A stretch of DNA of 45,808 bases, taken from positions 1 through 45,808 of IMG/VR virus record IMGVR_UViG_3300040801_001654; one strand, 5' to 3'. Source of the DNA: a virus. The notes below the pieces were generated by a model. That model was not told where the DNA came from. It did not search any database and saw only the letters and a program-made list of their open reading frames with translations. Each line of letters opens with the position of its first letter. Positions within the stretch are counted from its first letter, which is position 1. The position numbers and the translations under genes were made by a program. This document shows, in pieces, positions 30,420 through 39,474 of the stretch.

Positions 30420-30442
30420 GTAGGTAGACAGAAGATTATTAG

Positions 30443-30484
30443 GTTGGTTGTACAATAACAACCAACTTATATAGCCTTTTGGCT
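30443..30484 (+). promoter_or_regulatory. Structured 5' leader: a 9-bp hairpin plus a short AGCC-tttt-GGCT hairpin
   Basis: GTTGGTTGT (30443-30451) pairs with ACAACCAAC (30458-30466). AGCC (30473-30476) pairs with GGCT (30481-30484), followed by GTTT. Confidence 0.4.
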
Positions 30485-30508
30485 GTTTAAATTCTTTAAT
30501 AATATAAT

Positions 30509-31408
30509 ATGGCAGAAGTAGAACAAAACACTTCGGACCCCTTAGAGGAGACTCAAGTTGAGGAACCCAAGGTAACTCCAGAAGAAACTACAGAACCTTC
30601 CCCCACCCCTGAGAGTGGTAACGAAGGAGTACAAGAAGAGTCTCAGGAACAAGAGAATGTCGACTGGAAGAAGAGATACAGCGACAGTTCACGTGAGGCG
30701 TCTAAGTTTAAAGAGACAGCCGAGCAAAACCAGAAAGAGTTACTAACATTTGTAACTCGTAACAGGGACACTTTTGAGCAATACGTTGATTCGAAAGGCC
30801 TCCCTCCTATGGAGAAGGAGCGTTATATGAATATCTATGATACTCAGATAGCTCCAAGTGCAAATGCTTCCACAAGTGAAGCAGCCAAGGGAGTAACAGG
30901 CGAACTTGAATCAGGTAGTTCTCCATCCAAAGAGCAGGCTGCTCCTAATAAGCCTGTCGACCCCGTAAGGCAGTCGTGGATGAACAGAATGGACATGCAA
31001 GAGAGGGAAAAGATTGAGGAGCAATCGAAGGCAACAATGGAATTTTTTGAGAGAGAAGAAAATAAGGCTTTGCCTTATAATATTCAAGAAGCCATTAGGT
31101 CAACCGCTGCGATGTTGGACCAAGAGTTTGGTTACAAGCCAGCAGATGCCCTATCGGTGGCGAGAAAGAGACTATTAGAGCCAGAGGCTTTGAGAGATGA
31201 AGGCTACAACCAGGGAGTCAAAGATTCTATGGTAGGCGGTGTGAATCGAGGATTCACAGGTAGTAATGCTAAAGAGAAAGAGCAGATTAAACTACCCGCC
31301 AAAGATGAGGCTTATGTTTCATTTGAAATCCAGAGAAAAGGGCTCAAGGGAGATGAAGCCGAAAAATATAGAAAAGCATACGCCGAGAGATTGGCAATGA
31401 AAAACTAG
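30509..31408 (+). CDS. Putative scaffolding protein
   Basis: 299 aa, acidic, helix-rich and low-complexity. Located between the portal and capsid genes. Confidence 0.5.
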   Translation: MAEVEQNTSDPLEETQVEEPKVTPEETTEPSPTPESGNEGVQEESQEQENVDWKKRYSDSSREASKFKETAEQNQKELLTFVTRNRDTFEQYVDSKGLPPMEKERYMNIYDTQIAPSANASTSEAAKGVTGELESGSSPSKEQAAPNKPVDPVRQSWMNRMDMQEREKIEEQSKATMEFFEREENKALPYNIQEAIRSTAAMLDQEFGYKPADALSVARKRLLEPEALRDEGYNQGVKDSMVGGVNRGFTGSNAKEKEQIKLPAKDEAYVSFEIQRKGLKGDEAEKYRKAYAERLAMKN

Positions 31409-31430
31409 TTAATTTAAGAACAATGCAACA

Positions 31431-31967
31431 ATGTTTATTGTTAAATATGCAGATGGTGCATCTAGCAGGCCATACGAAAGAATACCAGTATTAAATAGTG
31501 GTGTTGTCTTTTTTAATGGTCCTGTTAAGTTAGTCGCAGGTGGTGTTGATGGTGCAGACGCAGTTTCAGATTCTATTTATGGACTCTGTAAAGGTGTTAT
31601 GATGGAGGGTGGAAGTACCCCATTAGAGAATGCACTTGATGATTCACACGACGGAACACTAACCTCTACAAACTTCACAGCCGCTTCAGATAACCAAACT
31701 GTTGAGACTGTTGTAGCTTTAGTAGAGCCAATTTTGCCTGGTGATATAATCAGGGCAGAAATGGATAACACCCTCGGAACCACAACTGGTTCAAATTTAG
31801 TAGGGTATTATGTAGATGTATTAACATCGGATGAGAGAAAGCTCGATGAGAGTAATACTCACGCAACAAACCAGCTCCAATTTTTAATAGTTGGGCAACC
31901 AGGAAAGGGTAACTATGTAGATGTTAAACTGGTAGAAAACCAGATGAACGGAAACGTAGGAGGCTAA
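31431..31967 (+). CDS. Head-module protein (decoration or accessory candidate)
   Basis: 178-aa ORF directly upstream of the capsid gene. No motif recognised. Confidence 0.5.
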   Translation: MFIVKYADGASSRPYERIPVLNSGVVFFNGPVKLVAGGVDGADAVSDSIYGLCKGVMMEGGSTPLENALDDSHDGTLTSTNFTAASDNQTVETVVALVEPILPGDIIRAEMDNTLGTTTGSNLVGYYVDVLTSDERKLDESNTHATNQLQFLIVGQPGKGNYVDVKLVENQMNGNVGG

Positions 31968-32006
31968 TCCTATACGAATATTTAAATTTAATGTTTATTT
32001 GTAATC

Positions 32007-33008
32007 ATGGCTATGAATACAGGTAGCAAGCCAGAGCTAACAGCACCAGGAGTTGAGGTTTGGATTCAAGAAGAAGCTGACAATGTAATGATAGATTCAT
32101 TACTCAGTAAAGTATTTACTGTTGAAACAACCAGTAGATTATATGAAGACGACTCAAGTTGGGCTGGAATAGACTACCCAGAATTAGTTGGGGAGGCTGC
32201 AAGTTCACCAGAAGACGACCTATTAATAGGTTATACCTGGAGGTATGAACTAAATACATATAAGAGAAAGATGGCTATAACCAGCCTACTTAACAAGACT
32301 GACTTATATAGTATTGCGAAGGCTGAAGAGATGTCTAGAGAGCTAGCTAAGAAAGCTGCTCAGGGTAGAGAAATTAATGCGTTCTCTGTTCTTAGAAATG
32401 CATTTGATTCTGATTATGTATATGGCGACGGAATGCCATTAATCTCCGTACAGCACCCTCGAAAGGATGGTGGCTCTGCACAGAGAAATACATTTTTAGA
32501 TGGCGTACAAGACTCTTTGTCTTATGACGCACTTAAAGACCTTGAAGATGTAATGTATGAGGTTTTCTCTAACAAGGGAATTCCTCTAAGCATCGGTTTA
32601 GATTCTAAACTAATGTTGATTGTAACCCCTTACAATAGGGAACAAGCACTACAAATCGCAGAGGCAGATATGATTCCAGGAAGTGTTGACGAGTCCGTTA
32701 ACTACTTCAAAGGTAGAAACCTTGATGTCTTAGTATGTCCTTATATTAGTTGGAGATTTGCTTACACCACTGGTGAAACAAGCTCTACTGATAGGGCCAC
32801 CTATGACGAAAGATTCTTTCTTATTGACCCTTCATTTGCTAAGAAGATGTTGAAGTTTAAACAACTTCAGAACTTCGAAGTGAAAGCTTGGGAAGATGAG
32901 GATACCGACGTTATGTATGCTAAGGTAGCAGACGTATACGCTTACGGAATCTCAGGTTGGTTCGGAATAGTAGGTTCACTCGGAGACGGGACAACTTACA
33001 CCAGCTAA
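32007..33008 (+). CDS. Major capsid protein
   Basis: 333 aa. Follows the scaffold gene and has a hairpin after its stop. The call rests on position and size; I cannot verify the fold. Confidence 0.65.
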   Translation: MAMNTGSKPELTAPGVEVWIQEEADNVMIDSLLSKVFTVETTSRLYEDDSSWAGIDYPELVGEAASSPEDDLLIGYTWRYELNTYKRKMAITSLLNKTDLYSIAKAEEMSRELAKKAAQGREINAFSVLRNAFDSDYVYGDGMPLISVQHPRKDGGSAQRNTFLDGVQDSLSYDALKDLEDVMYEVFSNKGIPLSIGLDSKLMLIVTPYNREQALQIAEADMIPGSVDESVNYFKGRNLDVLVCPYISWRFAYTTGETSSTDRATYDERFFLIDPSFAKKMLKFKQLQNFEVKAWEDEDTDVMYAKVADVYAYGISGWFGIVGSLGDGTTYTS

Positions 33009-33026
33009 TCATGGTAAGGTTTTTGG

Positions 33027-33045
33027 GGGTGTACCTTAAACACCC
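33027..33045 (+). terminator. Hairpin after the capsid gene (GGGTGT-accttaa-ACACCC)
   Basis: 6-bp stem 19 nt past the stop. A T-run precedes the stem rather than following it, so its role is uncertain. Confidence 0.25.
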
Positions 33046-33119
33046 TCACCCGAATAACTAAGTTGACTTCACGGGAAAATGAAGGAAAACAGATTAGTTT
33101 AATTTAAAAGAATACTAAA

Positions 33120-33737
33120 ATGAGTGATAGATTTCACACATCACAACCAATTGATTGTGGTGGATTAAAAATAAATGGTACTGAGGTTATTACCTCAGCA
33201 GGTGCTATTACAGCTGACATACAGGCTACAGCGGGTTCTATTGATACAGCAGAGTTAGCAGATGACGCTATTACTGCTGCAAAGATTGACGATGGTGCAG
33301 TAGGTAGTGCAGCTATAGCTGACAGTGTATTAAAGGTTGATAAAGTAACCTTAACCGCTGACGAAATAGTAGGGACAGACGCTGGTGACATAGGTCATGC
33401 AAGTGGAGCAACCCTAGTAGCCGCACCAGGAGCAGGTAAAGTATTAGAGTTCGTTAGCGCAGTATTATCATATACACACGACACAGCCGACTATACAGGC
33501 GGTGGTGATGATAACGTAATTCAATTGGGTACAACTACAGTAAGTCCAGCAATCGCTGGGGCAGACCTCTTAGAGGCCTCTGGAGATAAGATAGCTCAAG
33601 TTACCGCTTTAGGTGACGCAGATGTAGCATTAACTGCTAACTCTACGCTTAACCTACACGGTACAGCTTTAACGCAACCAGGTACAGCAGCAGGTACACT
33701 AGACGTATTTATTACATATAGAGTACATACGTTATAA
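33120..33737 (+). CDS. Ala/Gly/Thr-rich virion protein with short (A)I(T)..KI.DGAV-type repeats
   Basis: SAGAITADIQATAGSIDTAELADDAITAAKIDDGAVGSAAIADSVL. Confidence 0.6.
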   Translation: MSDRFHTSQPIDCGGLKINGTEVITSAGAITADIQATAGSIDTAELADDAITAAKIDDGAVGSAAIADSVLKVDKVTLTADEIVGTDAGDIGHASGATLVAAPGAGKVLEFVSAVLSYTHDTADYTGGGDDNVIQLGTTTVSPAIAGADLLEASGDKIAQVTALGDADVALTANSTLNLHGTALTQPGTAAGTLDVFITYRVHTL

Positions 33738-33766
33738 GACAGGATTTAAGATATAAATAGAATACA

Positions 33767-34141
33767 ATGAGAAAAGTTATAAAAGTTTTAGACGAAGTAA
33801 CTGCAACAACCACAGCAAATCCTGTTAATATTCTAGGAGCTAAAAGGGTCACTCTCTTATGTAAGAGAGCTGACCATAGCTCTGGAAGTTCTACGTTCAC
33901 CGCTCAGGTGGGTGTAGGTACTGACCTGGCTGATTACAAGAGGTGGGACTCCAATGTTACACACACGAATGTTCAGTACGACACGTCGGTCGATGAGTTG
34001 GTGCTTAGTGCAGACGGAGTTGACTTTCTTTCAATGAGTCCTAAGGACATATTTGAAGTAATACAGGTTAAGGTAACAGAGGCTACTGATGGAACACACA
34101 GTGCTTGGTTAATAATAGATTATGAAGACGATAATAAATAA
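33767..34141 (+). CDS. Virion-module protein
   Basis: 124-aa ORF. Confidence 0.55.
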   Translation: MRKVIKVLDEVTATTTANPVNILGAKRVTLLCKRADHSSGSSTFTAQVGVGTDLADYKRWDSNVTHTNVQYDTSVDELVLSADGVDFLSMSPKDIFEVIQVKVTEATDGTHSAWLIIDYEDDNK

Positions 34142-34159
34142 GTTAATTAATATACAATA

Positions 34160-34711
34160 ATGGCTTTAACACAAACTTGGGAATTACAAGGTACGGCAGA
34201 CACAACCATAGAGGCAACTGATTTGATTCAGTTCTCTGATGGAACCTTTGACAACCCAATAACAGTGAGTTCCTATAATGACGGAACACACGTAAGAAGC
34301 TCAGGTGGTGCTGACGACTCTGACGGTAATACTCCTAACAATGTAAAATATATTGCTAGTGGTACAGGAGACTGGGGAGATGGTACGGAGTCTTTGACTT
34401 CAATCACAGATGGTGAGTGTACACTTAAGCTCACGGTAAGTGAGTCTTCAAGTATTACAGTAACTGACATAAGTTTTTATGCTTATGATGGTTCTACCAC
34501 AACCAATGCACCCTCAGGAATGACGGTTCAGGCATTTGAGAGTGGAGACTCAGCTTGGACACAGATACACGGCTCAGGGAATGCACTGTCAGTAACTGAC
34601 AGCGATACACCTGCAACAGACCACTACTTCTATATAGGTCTTAGTGCAAGTCCTTCTAGTGTAGGGGTTAAGAGTGCTAACAAGGTAAGAGTAGAGTTTA
34701 CTTACCAATAA
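34160..34711 (+). CDS. Virion-module protein
   Basis: 183-aa ORF. Confidence 0.55.
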   Translation: MALTQTWELQGTADTTIEATDLIQFSDGTFDNPITVSSYNDGTHVRSSGGADDSDGNTPNNVKYIASGTGDWGDGTESLTSITDGECTLKLTVSESSSITVTDISFYAYDGSTTTNAPSGMTVQAFESGDSAWTQIHGSGNALSVTDSDTPATDHYFYIGLSASPSSVGVKSANKVRVEFTYQ

Positions 34712-34746
34712 AATAGAATTTAATTTATAACATCTGGGGAGAGGTT

Positions 34747-35184
34747 ATGACATTACCAGAGAACAAGGTACATTTCGCTGTTGGTTTATCTAACGGAGAC
34801 AATTTAATAGAAGGAGAAGGAATACTTCTTAAAGTTGATGGGGAGGATTCTCCCTGGCACAAACTCCAAAAATATATTCAAGATAAAGACCTAGAGATTA
34901 GGTCTATGTCGCTTTACTCTAAGACAGAGGTAGGTAACAGACACTATCACTTACCCAACGCAAGTCCTAAGTTTAAAGGAGAAGCTCCTAAGGGGTTTAA
35001 ATTCTTTAGGTGGGTTGCTATGGAGGGTTTAGCAGGAGAGACTTTAGTAGAGCACTATGCAGTTGCTGAAGCTATTTTTGAGGATTACAAGGCACAATTA
35101 TGGGTCAGTGAATTAGACCCAGACAAGTGTTGGGTAAATTTGGTTCAGAATAAAGGTGGCAGAAAAGAAACAGCAGGGAGCTAA
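34747..35184 (+). CDS. Virion-module protein
   Basis: 145-aa ORF with a GGGGAGAGG SD. Confidence 0.6.
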   Translation: MTLPENKVHFAVGLSNGDNLIEGEGILLKVDGEDSPWHKLQKYIQDKDLEIRSMSLYSKTEVGNRHYHLPNASPKFKGEAPKGFKFFRWVAMEGLAGETLVEHYAVAEAIFEDYKAQLWVSELDPDKCWVNLVQNKGGRKETAGS

Positions 35185-37807
35185 GATATCAATTAAAGAC
35201 TTTAAATTAAAAGAGGACTCTCAGTCCTTATATAAAGTTGTTAAAAACAACCCTAAAGATAAGATAGAAGTAGAGTTAGGAGATAGTAAAGACTCCTCAA
35301 AAATATATCCTCAAGCGAAGATTATGCGTTGGAATAATGAGGTTAATCTGTCAGTTAGGTATAAAGATGACGATACAGACCCAGAAGTTAAGTCAGAAGG
35401 TGGTATTCTTAAATGGGTTAAACCTGACAAAGAAGTTCATATTTACGAGAAGCCAGAGGTAGCAGAGGATGGTGGACTTGAGATAGAGGTTGTTTTAAAA
35501 GAAAAACCTGTTAGTAATGTAGTAGAGTTTTCTGTTGAAACAAATGGGTTGGACTTTTTCTATCAGCCAGAATTAGAAGATAGTGAAGTAGAGGAGATTG
35601 TTAAAAGAGAAAAAATATCTATTGAAGAGGCAAAGAGGAAGTGTAGACCAGAAAATGTGGTTGGTTCTTACGCTGTATATTACACAGAGAAACAAGGGAA
35701 TTATCCTGATGTTGAATATAAGACAGGTAAGTTTTGTCATATATACAGACCCAAAGTAACAGATGCAGAAGGTAAAGAGGTGTGGGGTGAGTTAAATATA
35801 GACGAAGATAAGGGTATTTTAACTGTAACTATTGACCAGAAGTTTTTAGATACTGCTATCTATCCTATATTGGTTGACCCTACCTTTGGATATACAAGTG
35901 AAGGGGGGAGTTATGACGGTAGTGATGGAGAAGATGTTATGAGGGGGTCAGAGGGCACATCAGCTAATAGTGGAACAGTAGACAAGGTTTCAGTATATTT
36001 GGCACCTGGACCATCAGATACTAGTTGGAAGCCAATTATATTGAACTCTAGCCACGAAATAATTTCAGACGGTATTGGTGATGTTGCTAATTTCGGGTAT
36101 GGTGGACCAAGTTGGAATGATTTACCGTATACTACAAACCCATCTATTAGTGCGACAGACTATTATATTTGTTGGATTCGTGATGGTTACCAGCAAACTG
36201 AAGTTTGGTATGATACGGGCTCATATGGTGATGGATTCAAAGATACAGGGAACAGTTATTCTTCGCCTACAGACCCAACGGTTGATACTACTAATAAAAT
36301 CCACTCCATCTATGCCACCTATACAGAATCGGCAAGTGGAACTGAAGCAGATAGTGAACGAAGTCTTTATATAGAGGGTTGTAATACTGATGATTCGGAA
36401 AGGGGTTTATATATACAAGGGCAGAGTAGTAGTAATTCCGAAATGAGTTTATATTTAGAAGGGTCACCTGTAACTAGCGAACGTTCTCTATATATTAAGG
36501 GTGTTGATACAAGCAACTCGGAAAGAACTCTATATATGCAAGGACAATTAACTAATAACTCAGAGCGAGGACTCTATACGGAAGGTCAGATTTCTAGTAA
36601 TTCAGAGAGGGGTCTGTATTTAAGTGGAATTGATACAAGCAGTTCGGAGGGGTTATTATACATACAAGGACGAAGCTCAAATACTTCGGAACATAATATA
36701 TATATAGAAGGGTGTATTGGTAGTAATTCTGAAAGAGGAATATATATTGCAGGTAAACCAGCATCATCAGAAAGGGGTTTATACTTAATAGGCCAAACTT
36801 GGGGTGAGAGAGGTCTATATATAGAAGGTGAGGGAGGAGGAAACTCTGAGAGGGGTCTTTATATTAAGGGCATAGATACTGCAATCTCAGAGAGAAACCT
36901 TTATACCCAGGGTAAGTTAGAAGATACTTTGGAGAGAGGGCTATATACTAAAGGAGTTGCTTATAGTGAGTTAGAGAGGAAGTTATATATCCAGGGTAAA
37001 ATATCTACCAGCTCCGAACATGGATTATATATATCTGGTAAGATTAGTGAAGACTCTGAAAGAGGGTTATATATATGGGGAAAGAAGACCTCTTTGTCCG
37101 AGAGGCACTTATACTTAGAGGGTCAGCCAGTTACAGGAGAGAGGGGTCTCTATATAGAAGGTTTTGATACGGGTAATAGTGAGAGAGGTTTATACATACA
37201 GGGTAAACTCACTTCTAGTAGTGAGAGGTCTTTATATACTTGGGGTTCTAATAAGGGTAGTTCTGAGAGGAGCCTATATATATGGGGAGCTAATACATCT
37301 CAATTAGAGAGAAATATATATATACAGGGTAAGATACTAGGAGATTCGGAGAGGGGGTTATACCTACAGGGTGGACTTCCTGGGGATAGTGAGAGGACTT
37401 TATACTTAGAGGGAAAGATTAGTACCAGTTCAGAGAGACAGCTATATGCCTGGGGTATAGATACGGGTAGTTCAACAAGAAACTTATATATACAGGGTCA
37501 GAGTACAGGAAATTCAGAGAGAACCCTATACATAGAGGGGCGTATATTAGGGGACTCTGAGAGAGGTATATACATAAAGGGAATAGACACAGGTTACTCG
37601 GTAAGAGGTTTATACATAAAAGGTTCTGTCTGGTATGAGAGGGGAATTTATACCCTCGGTGGATACCCCTTGTGGACTGATAATACAACATCGGTTGCTA
37701 GTGAACTATCAGACAACTCTACAGAAACCAGCACGGAATGGGTTGACAAATCTGTAGAATATGGTACAATATATAGTAAGGAGACAACTACTGTGAGTCC
37801 TGGCTAG
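35156..37807 (+). CDS. Tail fibre/spike protein with a 437-aa tandem-repeat shaft
   Basis: 883-aa ORF with a GTG start that overlaps the previous gene by 29 nt. The C-terminal half consists of SER(G)LYI.G repeats. Confidence 0.75.
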   Translation: MAEKKQQGAKISIKDFKLKEDSQSLYKVVKNNPKDKIEVELGDSKDSSKIYPQAKIMRWNNEVNLSVRYKDDDTDPEVKSEGGILKWVKPDKEVHIYEKPEVAEDGGLEIEVVLKEKPVSNVVEFSVETNGLDFFYQPELEDSEVEEIVKREKISIEEAKRKCRPENVVGSYAVYYTEKQGNYPDVEYKTGKFCHIYRPKVTDAEGKEVWGELNIDEDKGILTVTIDQKFLDTAIYPILVDPTFGYTSEGGSYDGSDGEDVMRGSEGTSANSGTVDKVSVYLAPGPSDTSWKPIILNSSHEIISDGIGDVANFGYGGPSWNDLPYTTNPSISATDYYICWIRDGYQQTEVWYDTGSYGDGFKDTGNSYSSPTDPTVDTTNKIHSIYATYTESASGTEADSERSLYIEGCNTDDSERGLYIQGQSSSNSEMSLYLEGSPVTSERSLYIKGVDTSNSERTLYMQGQLTNNSERGLYTEGQISSNSERGLYLSGIDTSSSEGLLYIQGRSSNTSEHNIYIEGCIGSNSERGIYIAGKPASSERGLYLIGQTWGERGLYIEGEGGGNSERGLYIKGIDTAISERNLYTQGKLEDTLERGLYTKGVAYSELERKLYIQGKISTSSEHGLYISGKISEDSERGLYIWGKKTSLSERHLYLEGQPVTGERGLYIEGFDTGNSERGLYIQGKLTSSSERSLYTWGSNKGSSERSLYIWGANTSQLERNIYIQGKILGDSERGLYLQGGLPGDSERTLYLEGKISTSSERQLYAWGIDTGSSTRNLYIQGQSTGNSERTLYIEGRILGDSERGIYIKGIDTGYSVRGLYIKGSVWYERGIYTLGGYPLWTDNTTSVASELSDNSTETSTEWVDKSVEYGTIYSKETTTVSPG
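36353..37663 (+). repeat. About 32 in-frame tandem repeats of 36-42 nt (consensus peptide SERGLYIxGxxxxx)
   Basis: Counted by eye in the translation, from SERSLYIEGCNTDD to ERGIYTLGG. Confidence 0.9.
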
Positions 37808-37854
37808 GAGGATGAAGAGGTTGATTCAACAGATAATTTTACTAATGAATACTA

Positions 37855-39474
37855 ATGGCAAAAAGCCTTAATAGAGAAAAATATACGATGCGAAGGTACG
37901 ACCTTATGGGTAGTATGAAGCAATCTACTAACCCCTTTCTTATGAACGACAACGAGTTTACTTATTTAAGAAATATATCTTACGACGAGATAGGTTCTGT
38001 TAGTAAGGACGGAGGGTATACTCAGCTTGGTGCTGACCTAGACGCTTCGGGAGCTATTGATTTACTGCACGATTATGTTGATTCGGACGGACAGCATAAT
38101 CTTTTGGCAATATCTAATGGTAAGATTTATAAGTATGACTCAGGTTCTTGGACAGAGATAACTCAGTTTAACGACTGGGTCACAGACAGTGAGGCAGATG
38201 CTGACACCACCTCTGGTTCTGAAAGGGTTTTGTATTTAGAGGGGGACGGGAGTTTGTTTACTGCAGACACAAAAAGTTCGGCTGTTAATAGAAATGGAAC
38301 GGCTTATATAATAAACGAGCTGGACGGATTGTGGTATACGGATGGTAACTCAATGACCTCCGTTAAAATAGATAATGGAGGCTCAGAGGTGTTGGCAAAG
38401 TATATGACCGTGGTAAATGGAGAACTCTATATTGCAAATTGTTCTGGGGTACACAGTGCAAACAACGTGGTTTATACCGCAGGTGGTGGACAAACCTTTT
38501 ATGTACCTTCGGAGGAGGACCATGACACATACGCCACAACCAACAACATAATAACGGTTAATGATGCAATAACAGGTATAACAGGATTCCAAGGTACGGT
38601 TATATTCTTTACGGAGGAGTCTATGTATCTCTTTAACCCACAGAATGCCGAGGTTGTAGAGATAGCAAGTATAGGGTGTACAGACCATAATTCTATACAG
38701 GAAATTAATGGAGTTTTATATTGGATTAACAGGGATGGTGTATACAGGTTTAATGGGGAAAATATTCCAGAACTTATATCACTACCAATAGTAAACTGGG
38801 CCACCAATTCTTTATGGAGACTTATAGATGGGGGAAGTTGGGGAGACAACCCAGCAGTTAGCTTTGAGGGTAAGTATATGGTTTATGTAGGAGATATGGC
38901 AGGTACTATGCCAGGAGACACGGGTGCGTTGTCAGATATAGTGCTGGTATATGATACATATAGAGATGTGTGGTACTTTTTGACAGACTATCCAGTAAGG
39001 TTAATGACCAGGTTTGTTAATAGTGACGGCAACTTAAGGTTAATGATGGGAAGTAAGGATGAGGCGGCAGTGTTCCAAAAGGGCTATACTTATACCTCAG
39101 ACGGGAGCGCTATAACGATGGTTGTAAGAACAAAATACTTTAACTTTGATATGCCTGAGAACGAAAAGGTTTTCAGTGATTTCTTGGCTACATATAGGCC
39201 AGAGGGGGAGTCAGAAAAATACTTAACGGTTAAGATTGCTACCAATGGTACTAACAATTATGAGGAAATTATAGGGAGTACTACCAATACTAAATTAGAA
39301 CTAGATGGGGTTGCAGGAACAGAGTTTCAGTTAGAGAGAGCTGCCCTTAAAGGAACAAGGGGTAGGACATTGTCTTATGAGTTTAGCAATAGTGACTCAG
39401 GAGTCAATGTGACCCTATTAGGGTATACACAACAGTACAGGTACATGAATAATAATATGAACTTTTCAGGATAA
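37855..39474 (+). CDS. Tail structural protein (nozzle/tubular or baseplate-like)
   Basis: 539-aa ORF in the tail module. No motif recognised. Confidence 0.55.
   Translation: MAKSLNREKYTMRRYDLMGSMKQSTNPFLMNDNEFTYLRNISYDEIGSVSKDGGYTQLGADLDASGAIDLLHDYVDSDGQHNLLAISNGKIYKYDSGSWTEITQFNDWVTDSEADADTTSGSERVLYLEGDGSLFTADTKSSAVNRNGTAYIINELDGLWYTDGNSMTSVKIDNGGSEVLAKYMTVVNGELYIANCSGVHSANNVVYTAGGGQTFYVPSEEDHDTYATTNNIITVNDAITGITGFQGTVIFFTEESMYLFNPQNAEVVEIASIGCTDHNSIQEINGVLYWINRDGVYRFNGENIPELISLPIVNWATNSLWRLIDGGSWGDNPAVSFEGKYMVYVGDMAGTMPGDTGALSDIVLVYDTYRDVWYFLTDYPVRLMTRFVNSDGNLRLMMGSKDEAAVFQKGYTYTSDGSAITMVVRTKYFNFDMPENEKVFSDFLATYRPEGESEKYLTVKIATNGTNNYEEIIGSTTNTKLELDGVAGTEFQLERAALKGTRGRTLSYEFSNSDSGVNVTLLGYTQQYRYMNNNMNFSG

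Noticed and set aside
35156-35184. A programmed frameshift joining 34747-35184 to the fibre ORF 35156-37807.
   Set aside because: The fibre frame is +1 relative to the upstream ORF, and no convincing slippery site was seen. A GTG start with a modest overlap is the simpler reading.
36353-37663. Regular ~42-nt DNA repeats that might be a CRISPR-like or satellite array.
   Set aside because: The repeats are contiguous with no spacers. They are in frame within an 883-aa ORF and are conserved at the peptide level (SERGLYIxG).
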